Below are positions 14,001-27,600 of a stretch of DNA of 64,000 bases, one piece after another. The DNA is from the human T2T-CHM13v2.0 reference genome, Homo sapiens. Numbering within the stretch: the first letter of the stretch is position 1; the number at the start of each line of letters is the position of its first letter. The position numbers and the translations under genes were made by a program. Below the pieces are notes generated by a model. It was not told the origin of the DNA and did no database searches. It worked only from the letters and a program-made list of their open reading frames with translations. The stretch is taken from assembly GCF_009914755.1 (NCBI RefSeq), contig NC_060925.1. One strand, given 5' to 3'.

Positions 14001-16288
14001 GAAATGAATGGAATCGTCATAGAATGGAATCGAATGGATTCATTGAATGGAATCAGATGGAATCATCGAATGGACTGGAATGGAATCATTGAATGGACTC
14101 GAAAGGGATCATTATTGAATGGAATTGAATGGAATCATCGAATGGTCTCGATTGGAATCATTATCAAATGGAATCGAATGGAATCACCGAATAGAATCGA
14201 ATGGAACAATCATCGAATGGACTCAAATGGAATTATCCTCCAATGGAATGGAATGGAATTATCGAATGCAATCGAATGGAATTATCGAATGCAATCGAAT
14301 AGAATCATCGAATGGACTCGAATGGAATCATCGAATGGAATGGAATGGAACAGTCAATGAACTCGAATGGAATCATCATTGAATGGAATCGAATGGAATC
14401 ATCGAGTGGAATCGAATGGAATTATGATCAAATGGAATCGAATGTAATCATCATCAAATGGAATCAAAAATAACCATCATCAATTGGTATTGAATGGAAT
14501 TGTCATCAAATGGAATTCAAAGGAATCATCATCAAATGGAACCGAATGGAATCCTCATTGAATGGAAATGAAAGGGGTCATCATCTAATGGAATCGCATG
14601 GAATCATCATCAAATGGAATCGAATGGAATCACCATCAAATGGAATCTAATGGAATCATTGAACAGAATTGAATGGAATCGTCATCGAATGAATTGAATG
14701 CAATCATCGAATGGTCTCGAATGGATTCATCTTCTAATGGAAAGGAATGGAATCATCGCATAGAATCGAATGGAATTATCATCGAATGGAATCGAATGGT
14801 ATCAACACCAAACGGAAAAAAACGGAATTATCGAATGGAATCGAAGAGAATCTTCGAACGGACCCGAATGGAATCATCTAATGGAATGGAATGGAATAAT
14901 CCATGGACTCGAATGCAATCATCATCGAATGGAATCGAATGGAATCATCGAATGGACTCGAATGGAATAATCATTGAACGGAATCGATTGGAATCATCAT
15001 CGGATGGAAACGAATGGAATCATCATCGAATGGAAATGAAAGGAGTCATCATCTAATGGAATTGCATGGAATCATCATAAAATGGAATCGAATGGAATCA
15101 ACATCAAATGGAATCAAATGGAATCATTGAACGGAATTGAATGGAATCGTCATCGAATGAATTGACTGCAATCATCCAATGGTCTCGAATGGAATCATCT
15201 TCAAATGGAATGGAATGGAATCATCGCATAGAATCGAATGGAATTATCATCGAATGGAATCGAAGGGAATCAACATCCAACGGAAAAAAACGGAATTATC
15301 GAATGGAATCGAAGAGAATCATCGAATGGACCCGAATGGAATCATGTAATGGAATGGAATGGAATAATCCATGGACTCGAATGCAATCATCATCGAATGG
15401 AATCGAATGGAATCATCGAATGGACTCGAATGGAAAAATCATTGAACGGAATCGAATGGAATCATCATCGGATGGAAATGAATGGAATCATCATCGAATG
15501 GAATCGAATAGAATTATGGAATGAAATCCAGTGTGATCATCATCGAATGGACCCGAATGGAATCATCATCCAACGGAAGCTAATGGAATCAACATCGAAT
15601 GAATCAAATGGAAACACCATCGAATTGAAACGAATGGAATTATCATGAAATTGAAATGGATGGACTCATCATCGAATGGATTCGAATGGAATCATCGAAT
15701 AAAATTGATTGAAATCATCATCGAATGGAATCGAATGGTATCATTGAATGGAATCGAATGGAATCATCATCAGATGGAAATGAATGGAATCGTCATAGAA
15801 TGGAATCGAATGGATTCATTGAATGGAATCAGATGGAATCATCGAATGGACTGGAATGGAATCATTGAATGGACTCGATAGGGATCATTATTGAATGGAA
15901 TTGAATGGAATCATCGAATGGTCTCGATTGGAATCATTATCAAATGGAATCGAATGGAATCACCGAATAGAATCGAATGGAACAATCATCGAATGGACTC
16001 AAATGGAATTATCCTCAAATGGAATCGAATGGAATTATCGAATGCAATCGAATGGAATTATCGAATGCAATCGAATAGAATCATCGAATGGACTCGAATG
16101 GAATCATCGAATGGAATGGAATGGAACAGTCAATGAACTCGAATGGAATCATCATTGAATGGAATCGAATGGAATCATCGAGTGGAATCGAATGGAATTA
16201 TGATCAAATGGAATCGAATGTAATCATCATCAAATGGAATCAAAAATAACAATCATCAATTGGTATTGAATGGAATTGTCATCAAATG

Positions 16289-18679
16289 GAATTCAAAGGA
16301 ATCATCATCAAATGGAACCGAATGGAATCCTCATTGAATGGAAATGAAAGGGGTCATCATCTAATGGAATCGCATGGAATCATCATAAAATGGAATCGAA
16401 TGGAATCAACATCAAATGGAATCAAATGGAATCATTGAACGGAATTGAATGGAATCGTCATCGAATGAATTGGATGCAATCATCGAATGGTCTCGAATGG
16501 AATCTTCTTCAAATGGAATGGAATGGAATCATCGCATAGAATCGAATGGAATTATCATCGAATGGAATCGAATGGAATCAACATCAAACGGAAAAAAACG
16601 GAATTATCGAATGGAATCGAAGAGAATCATCGAATGGACCCGAATGGAATCATCTAATGGAATGGAATGGAATAATCCATGGACTCGAATGCAATCATCA
16701 TCGAATGGAATCGAATGGAATCATCGAATGGACTCGAATGGAATAATCATTGAACGGAATCGAATGGAATCATCATCGGATGGAAACGAATGGAATCATC
16801 ATCGAATGGAAATGAAAGGAGCCATCATCTAATGGAATTGCATGGAATCATCATAAAATGGAATCGAATGGAATCAACATCAAATGGAATCAAATGGAAT
16901 CATTGAACGGAATTGAATGGAATCGTCATCGAATGAATTGACTGCAATCATCGAATGGTCTCGAATGTAATCACATTCTAATGGAAAGGAATGGAATCAT
17001 CGCATAGAATCGAATGGAATTAACATTGAATGGACTCGAATGGAATCAACATCAAACGGAATCAAGCGGAATTATCGAATGGAATCGAAGAGAATCATCG
17101 AATGGTCTCGAATGGAATCATCTTCTAATGGAAAGGAATGGAATCATCGCATAGAATCGAATGGAATTAACATTGAATGGACTCGAATGGAATCAACATC
17201 AAATGGAATCAAGCGGAATTATCGAATGAAATCGAAGAGAATCATCGAATGGACTCGAATGGAATCATCTAATGGAATGGAATGGAATAATCCACGGACT
17301 CGAATGCAATCATCATCGTATAGAATCGAATGGAATCATCGAATGGACTCGAATGGAATAATCATTGAACGGAAGCGAATGGAATCATCATCGGATGGAA
17401 ACGAATGGAATCATCATCGAATGGAAATGAAAGGAGTCATCATCTAATGGAATTGCATGGAATCATCATAAAATGGAATCGAATGGAATCAAAATCAAAT
17501 GGAATCAAATGGAATCATTGAACGGAATTGAATGGAATCGTCATCGAATGAATTGACTGCAATCATCGAATGGTCTCGAATGGAATCATCTTCAAATGGA
17601 ATGGAATGGAATCATCGCATAGAATCGAATGGAATTATCATCGAATGGAATCGAATGGAATCAACATCAAACGGAAAAAAACGGAATTATCGAATGGAAT
17701 CGAAGAGAATCATCGAATGGACCCGAATGGAATCATCTAATGGAATGGAATGGAATAATCCATGGACTCGAATGCAATCATCATCGAATGGAATCGAATG
17801 GAATCATCGAATGGACTCGAATGGAATAATCATTGAACGGAATCGAATGGAATCATCATCGGATGGAAATGAATGGAATCATCATCGAATGGAATCGAAT
17901 AGAATTATGGAATGAAATCCAGTGTGATCATCATCGAATGGACCCGAATGGAATCATCATCCAACGGAAGCTAATGGAATCAACATCGAATGAATCGAAT
18001 GGAAACACCATCGAATTGAAACGAATGGAATTATCATGAAATTGAAATGGATGGACTCATCATCGGATGGATTCGAATGGAATCATCGAATAAAATTGAT
18101 TGAAATCATCATCCAATGGAATCGAATGGTATCATTGAATGGAATCGAATGGAATCATCATCAGATGGAAATGAATGGAATCGTCATAGAATGGAATCGA
18201 ATGGATTCATTGAATGGAATCAGATGGAATCATCGAATGGACTGGAATGGAATCATTGAATGGACTCGAAAGGGATCATGATTGAATGGAATTGAATGGA
18301 ATCATCGAATGGTCTCGATTGGAATCATTATCAAATGGAATCGAATGGAATCACCGAATAGAATCGAATGGAACAATCATCGAATGGACTCAAATGGAAT
18401 TATCCTCAAATGGAATCGAATGGAATTATCGAATGCAATCGAATGGAATTATCGAATGCAATCGAATAGAATCATCGAATGGACTCGAATGGAATCATCG
18501 AATGGAATGGAATGGAACAGTCAATGAACTCGAATGGAATCATCATTGAATGGAATCGAATGGAATCATCGAGTGGAATCGAATGGAATTATGATCAAAT
18601 GCAATCGAATGTAATCCTCATCAAATGGAATCAAAAATAACCATCATCAATTGGTATTGAATGGAATTGTCATCAAATG
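16289..18679 (+). repeat. 2,391-bp variant unit (1776+615), copy 1, with a diverged extra sub-repeat
   Basis: Landmark spacing 16449 to 18840 = 2391. Extra block ~16917-17531 carries aatcaagcgg, taacattgaa, tccacggact, ggaagcgaat. Confidence 0.93.
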
Positions 18680-21600
18680 GAATTCAAAGGAATCATCATC
18701 AAATGGAACCGAATGGAATCCTCATTGAATGGAAATGAAAGGGGTCATCATCTAATGGAATCGCATGGAATCATCATCAAATGGAATCGAATGGAATCAT
18801 CATCAAATGGAATCTAATGGAATCATTGAACAGAATTGAATGGAATCGTCATCGAATGAATTGAATGCAATCATCGAATGGTCTCGAATGGAATCATCTT
18901 CTAATGGAAAGGAATGGAATCATCGCATAGAATCGAATGGAATTATCATCGAATGGAATCGAATGGTATCAACACCAAACGGAAAAAAACGGAATTATCG
19001 AATGGAATCGAAGAGAATCTTCGAACGGACCCGAATGGAATCATCTAATGGAATGGAATGGAATAATCCATGGACTCGAATGCAATCATCATCGAATGGA
19101 ATCGAATGGAATCATCGAATGGACTCGAATGGAATAATCATTGAACGGAATCGAATGGAATCATCATCGGATGGAAACGAATGGAAACATCATCGAATGG
19201 AAATGAAAGGAGTCATCATCTAATGGAATTGCATGGAATCATCATAAAATGGAATCGAATGGAATCAACATCAAATGGAATCAAATGGAATCATTGAACG
19301 GAATTGAATGGAATCGTCATCGAATGAATTGACTACAATCACCGAATGGTCTCGAATGGAATCATCTTCAAATGGAATGGAATGGAATCATCGCATAGAA
19401 TCGAATGGAATTATCATCGAATGGAATCGAATGGAATCAACATCAAACGGAAAAAAACAGAATTATCGTATGGAATCGAAGAGAATCATCGAATGGACCC
19501 GAATGGAATCATCTAATGGAATGGAATGGAATAATCCATGGACTCGAATGCAATCATCATCGAATGGAATCGAATGGAATCATCGAATGGACTCGAATGG
19601 AATAATCATTGAACGGAATCGAATGGAATCATCATCGGATGGAAATGAATGGAATCATCATCGAATGGAATCGAATAGAATTATGGAATGAAATCCAGTG
19701 TGATCATCATCGAATGGACCCGAATGGAATCATCCAACGGAAGCTAATGGAATCAACATCGAATGAATCGAATGGAAACACCATCGAATTGAACCGAATG
19801 GAATTATCATGAAATTGAAATGGATGGACTCATCAACGAATGGATTCGAATGGAATCATCGAATAAAATTGATTGAAATCATCATCGAATGGAATCGAAT
19901 GGTGTCATTGAATGGAATCGAATGGAATCATCATCAGATGGAAATGAATGGAATCGTCATAGAATGGAATCGAATGGATTCATTGAATGGAATCAGATGG
20001 AATCATCGAATGGACTGGAATGGAATCATTGAATGGACTCGAAAGGGATCATGATTGAATGGAATTGAATGGAATCATCGAATGGTCTCGATTGGAATCA
20101 TTATCAAATGGAATCGAATGGAATCACCGAATAGAATCGAATGGAACAATCATCGAATGGACTCAAATGGAATTATCCTCCAATGGAATGGAATGGAATT
20201 ATCGAATGCAATCGAATGGAATTATCGAATGCAATCGAATAGAATCATCGAATGGACTCGAATGGAATCATCGAATGGAATGGAATGGAACAGTCAATGA
20301 ACTCGAATGGAATCATCATTGAATGGAATCGAATGGAATCATCGAGTGGAATCGAATGGAATTATGATCAAATGGAATCGAATGTAATCATCATCAAATG
20401 GAATCAAAAATAACCATCATCAATTGGTATTGAATGGAATTGTCATCAAATGGAATTCAAAGGAATCATCATCAAATGGAACCGAATGGAATCCTCATTG
20501 AATGGAAATGAAAGGGGTCATCATCTAATGGAATCGCATGGAATCATCATCAAATGGAATCGAATGGAATCACCATCAAATGGAATCTAATGGAATCATT
20601 GAACAGAATTGAATGGAATCGTCATCGAATGAATTGAATGCAATCATCGAATGGTCTCGAATGGATTCATCTTCTAATGGAAAGGAATGGAATCATCGCA
20701 TAGAATCGAATGGAATTATCATCGAATGGAATCGAATGGTATCAACACCAAACGGAAAAAAACGGAATTATCGAATGGAATCGAAGAGAATCTTCGAACG
20801 GACCCGAATGGAATCATCTAATGGAATGGAATGGAATAATCCATGGACTCGAATGCAATCATCATCGAATGGAATCGAATGGAATCATCGAATGGACTCG
20901 AATGGAATAATCATTGAACGGAATCGATTGGAATCATCATCGGATGGAAACGAATGGAATCATCATCGAATGGAAATGAAAGGAGTCATCATCTAATGGA
21001 ATTGCATGGAATCATCATAAAATGGAATCGAATGGAATCAACATCAAATGGAATCAAATGGAATCATTGAACGGAATTGAATGGAATCGTCATCGAATGA
21101 ATTGACTGCAATCATCCAATGGTCTCGAATGGAATCATCTTCAAATGGAATGGAATGGAATCATCGCATAGAATCGAATGGAATTATCATCGAATGGAAT
21201 CGAATGGAATCAACATCCAACGGAAAAAAACGGAATTATCGAATGGAATCGAAGAGAATCATCGAATGGACCCGAATGGAATCATGTAATGGAATGGAAT
21301 GGAATAATCCATGGACTCGAATGCAATCATCATCGAATGGAATCGAATGGAATCATCGAATGGACTCGAATGGAATAATCATTGAACGGAATCGAATGGA
21401 ATCATCATCGGATGGAAATGAATGGAATCATCATCGAATGGAATCGAATAGAATTATGGAATGAAATCCAGTGTGATCATCATCGAATGGACCCGAATGG
21501 AATCATCATCCAACGGAAGCTAATGGAATCAACATCGAATGAATCAAATGGAAACACCATCGAATTGAAACGAATGGAATTATCATGAAATTGAAATGGA

Positions 21601-24600
21601 TGGACTCATCATCGAATGGATTCGAATGGAATCATCGAATAAAATTGATTGAAATCATCATCGAATGGAATCGAATGGTATCATTGAATGGAATCGAATG
21701 GAATCATCATCAGATGGAAATGAATGGAATCGTCATAGAATGGAATCGAATGGATTCATTGAATGGAATCAGATGGAATCATCGAATGGACTGGAATGGA
21801 ATCATTGAATGGACTCGAAAGGGATCATTATTGAATGGAATTGAATGGAATCATCGAATGGTCTCGATTGGAATCATTATCAAATGGAATCGAATGGAAT
21901 CACCGAATAGAATCGAATGGAACAATCATCGAATGGACTCAAATGGAATTATCCTCAAATGGAATCGAATGGAATTATCGAATGCAATCGAATGGAATTA
22001 TCGAATGCAATCGAATAGAATCATCGAATGGACTCGAATGGAATCATCGAATGGAATGGAATGGAACAGTCAATGAACTCGAATGGAATCATCATTGAAT
22101 GGAATCGAATGGAATCATCGAGTGGAATCGAATGGAATTATGATCAAATGGAATCGAATGTAATCATCATCAAATGGAATCAAAAATAACCATCATCAAT
22201 TGGTATTGAATGGAATTGTCATCAAATGGAATTCAAAGAAATCATCATCAAATGGAACCGAATGGAATCCTCATTGAATGGAAATGAAAGGGGTCATCAT
22301 CTAATGGAATCGCATGGAATCATCATCAAATGGAATCGAATGGAATCATCATCAAATGGAATCTAATGGAATCATTGAACAGAATTGAATGGAATCGTCA
22401 TCGAATGAATTGAATGCAATCATCGAATGGTCTCGAATGGAATCATCTTCTAATGGAAAGGAATGGAATCATCGCATAGAATCGAATGGAATTATCATCG
22501 AATGGAATCGAATGGTATCAACACCAAACGGAAAAAAACGGAATTATCAAATGGAATCGAAGAGAATCTTCGAACGGACCCGAATGGAATCATCTAATGG
22601 AATGGAATGGAATAATCCATGGACTCGAATGCAATCATCATCGAATGGAATCGAATGGAATCATCGAATGGACTCGAATGGAATAATCATTGAACGGAAT
22701 CGAATGGAATCATCATCGGATGGAAACGAATGGAATCATCATCGAATGGAAATGAAAGGAGTCATCATCTAATGGAATTGCATGGAATCATCATAAAATG
22801 GAATCGAATGGAATCAACATCAAATGGAATCAAATGGAATCATTGAACGGAATTGAATGGAATCATCATCGAATGAATTGACTGCAATCACCCAATGGTC
22901 TCGAATGGAATCATCTTCAAATGGAATGGAATGGAATCATCGCATAGAATCGAATGGAATTATCATCGAATGGAATCGAATGGAATCAACATCAAACGGA
23001 AAAAAACGGAATTATCGAATGGAATCGAAGAGAATCATCGAATGGACCCGAATGGAATCATCTAATGGAATGGAATGGAATAATCCATGGACTCGAATGC
23101 AATCATCATCGAATGGAATCGAATGGAATCATCGAATGGACTCGAATGGAATAATCATTGAACGGAATCGAATGGAATCATCATCGGATGGAAATGAATG
23201 GAATCATCATCGAATGGAATCGAATAGAATTATGGAATGAAATCCAGTGTGATCATCATCGAATGGACCCGAATGGAATCATCATCCAACGGAAGCTAAT
23301 GGAATCAACATCGAATGAATCAAATGGAAACACCATCGAATTGAAACGAATGGAATTATCATGAAATTGAAATGGATGGACTCATCATCGAATGGATTCG
23401 AATGGAATCATCGAATAAAATTGATTGAAATCATCATCGAATGGAATCGAATGGTATCATTGAATGGAATCGAATGGAATCATCATCAGATGGAAATGAA
23501 TGGAATCGTCATAGAATGGAATCGAATGGATTCATTGAATGGAATCAGATGGAATCATCGAATGGACTGGAATGGAATCATTGAATGGACTCGAAAGGGA
23601 TCATGATTGAATGGAATTGAATGGAATCATCGAATGGTCTCGATTGGAATCATTATCAAATGGAATCGAATGGAATCACCGAATAGAATCGAATGGAACA
23701 ATCATCGAATGGACTCAAATGGAATTATCCTCCAATGGAATGGAATGGAATTATCGAATGCAATCGAATGGAATTATCGAATGCAATCGAATAGAATCAT
23801 TGAATGGACTCGAATGGAATCATCGAATGGAATGGAATGGAACAGTCAATGAACTCGAATGGAATCATCATTGAATGGAATCGAATGGAATCATCGAGTG
23901 GAATCGAATGGAATTATGATCAAATGGAATCGAATGTAATCATCATCAAATGGAATCAAAAATAACCATCATCAATTGGTATTGAATGGAATTGTCATCA
24001 AATGGAATTCAAAGGAATCATCATCAAATGGAACCGAATGGAATCCTCATTGAATGGAAATGAAAGGGGTCATCATCTAATGGAATCGCATGGAATCATC
24101 ATCAAATGGAATCGAATGGAATCATCATCAAATGGAATCTAATGGAATCATTGAACAGAATTGAATGGAATCGTCATCGAATGAATTGAATGCAATCATC
24201 GAATGGTCTCGAATGGATTCATCTTCTAATGGAAAGGAATGGAATCATCGCATAGAATCGAATGGAATTATCATCGAATGGAATCGAATGGTATCAACAC
24301 CAAACGGAAAAAAACGGAATTATCGAATGGAATCGAAGAGAATCTTCGAACGGACCCGAATGGAATCATCTAATGGAATGGAATGGAATAATCCATGGAC
24401 TCGAATGCAATCATCATCGAATGGAATCGAATGGAATCATCGAATGGACTCGAATGGAATAATCATTGAACGGAATCGATTGGAATCATCATCGGATGGA
24501 AACGAATGGAATCATCATCGAATGGAAATGAAAGGAGTCATCATCTAATGGAATTGCATGGAATCATCATAAAATGGAATCGAATGGAATCAACATCAAA

Positions 24601-27600
24601 TGGAATCAAATGGAATCATTGAACGGAATTGAATGGAATCGTCATCGAATGAATTGACTGCAATCATCCAATGGTCTCGAATGGAATCATCTTCAAATGG
24701 AATGGAATGGAATCATCGCATAGAATCGAATGGAATTATCATCGAATGGAATCGAATGGAATCAACATCCAACGGAAAAAAACGGAATTATCGAATGGAA
24801 TCGAAGAGAATCATCGAATGGACCCGAATGGAATCATGTAATGAAATGGAATGGAATAATCCATGGACTCGAATGCAATCATCATCGAATGGAATCGAAT
24901 GGAATCATCGAATGGACTCGAATGGAATAATCATTGAACGGAATCGAATGGAATCATCATCGGATGGAAATGAATGGAATCATCATCGAATGGAATCGAA
25001 TAGAATTATGGAATGAAATCCAGTGTGATCATCATCGAATGGACCCGAATGGAATCATCATCCAACGGAAGCTAATGGAATCAACATCGAATGAATCAAA
25101 TGGAAACACCATCGAATTGAAACGAATGGAATTATCATGAAATTGAAATGGATGGACTCATCATCGAATGGATTCGAATGGAATCATCGAATAAAATTGA
25201 TTGAAATCATCATCGAATGGAATCGAATGGTATCATTGAATGGAATCGAATGGAATCATCATCAGATGGAAATGAATGGAATCGTCATAGAATGGAATCG
25301 AATGGATTCATTGAATGGAATCAGATGGAATCATCGAATGGACTGGAATGGAATCATTGAATGGACTCGAAAGGGATCATGATTGAATGGAATTGAATGG
25401 AATCATCGAATGGTCTCGATTGGAATCATTATCAAATGGAATCGAATGGAATCACCGAATAGAATCGAATGGAACAATCATCGAATGGACTCAAATGGAA
25501 TTATCCTCAAATGGAATCGAATGGAATTATCGAATGCAATCGAATGGAATTATCGAATGCAATCGAATAGAATCATCGAATGGACTCGAATGGAATCATC
25601 GAATGGAATGGAATGGAACAGTCAATGAACTCGAATGGAATCATCATTGAATGGAATCGAATGGAATCATCGAGTGGAATCGAATGGAATTATGATCAAA
25701 TGGAATCGAATGTAATCATCATCAAATGGAATCAAAAATAACCATCATCAATTGGTATTGAATGGAATTGTCATCAAATGGAATTCAAAGGAATCATCAT
25801 CAAATGGAACCGAATGGAATCCTCATTGAATGGAAATGAAAGGGGTCATCATCTAATGGAATCGCATGGAATCATCATAAAATGGAATCGAATGGAATCA
25901 ACATCAAATGGAATCAAATGGAATCATTGAACGGAATTGAATGGAATCGTCATCGAATGAATTGGATGCAATCATCGAATGGTCTCGAATGGAATCTTCT
26001 TCAAATGGAATGGAATGGAATCATCGCATAGAATCGAATGGAATTATCATCGAATGGAATCGAATGGAATCAACATCAAACGGAAAAAAACGGAATTATC
26101 GAATGGAACCGAAGAGAATCATCGAATGGACCCGAATGGAATCATCTAATAGAATGGAATGGAATAATCCATGGACTCGAATGCAATCATCATCGAATGG
26201 AATCGAATGGAATCATCGAATGGACTCGAATGGAATAATCATTGAACGGAATCGATTGGAATCATCATCGGATGGAAACGAATGGAATCATCATCGAATG
26301 GAAATGAAAGGAGTCATCATCTAATGGAATTGCATGGAATCATCATAAAATGGAATCGAATGGAATCAACATCAAATGGAATCAAATGGAATCATTGAAC
26401 GGAATTGAATGGAATCGTCATCGAATGAATTGACTGCAATCATCGAATGGTCTCGAATGGAATCATCTTCAAATGGAATGGAATGGAATCATCGCATAGA
26501 AGCGAATGGAATTATCATCGAATGGAATCGAATGGAATCAACATCCAACGGAAAAAAACGGAATTATCGAATGGAATCGAAGAGAATCATCGAATGGACC
26601 CGAATGGAATCATCTAATGGAATGGAATGGAATAATCCATGGACTCGAATGCAATCATCATCGAATGGAATCGAATGGAATCATCGAATGGACTCGAATG
26701 GAATAATCATTGAACGGAATCGAATGGAATCATCATCGGATGGAAATGAATGGAATCATCATCGAATGGAATCGAATAGAATTATGGAATGAAATCCAGT
26801 GTGATCATCATCGAATGGACCCGAATGGAATCATCATCCAACGGAAGCTAATGGAATCAACATCGAATGAATCAAATGGAAACACCATCGAATTGAAACG
26901 AATGGAATTATCATGAAATTCAAATGGATGGACTCATCATCGAATGGATTCGAAAGGAATCATCGAATAAAATTGATTGAAATCATCATCGAATGGAATC
27001 GAATGGTATCATTGAATGGAATCGAATGGAATCATCATCAGATGGAAATGAATGGAATCGTCATAGAATGGAATCGAATGGATTCATTGAATGGAATCAG
27101 ATGGAATCATCGAATGGACTGGAATGGAATCATTGAATGGACTCGAAAGGGATCATGATTGAATGGAATTGAATGGAATCATCGAATGGTCTCGATTGGA
27201 ATCATTATCAAATGGAATCGAATGGAATCACCGAATAGAATCGAATGGAACAATCATCGAATGGACTCAAATGGAATTATCCTCCAATGGAATGGAATGG
27301 AATTATCGAATGCAATCGAATGGAATTATCGAATGCAATCGAATAGAATCATCGAATGGACTCGAATGGAATCATCGAATGGAATGGAATGGAACAGTCA
27401 ATGAACTCGAATGGAATCATCATTGAATGGAATCGAATGGAATCATCGAGTGGAATCGAATGGAATTATGATCAAATGGAATCGAATGTAATCATCATCA
27501 AATGGAATCAAAAATAACCATCATCAATTGGTATTGAATGGAATTGTCATCAAATGGAATTCAAAGGAATCAATATCAAATGGAACCGAATGGAATCCTC

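Noticed and set aside
16951-17097. Claim that the 147-bp duplication is a nucleosome-positioning element
   Set aside because: The length is fully explained by three 23-mers plus three 26-mers; kept only as a low-weight hypothesis.
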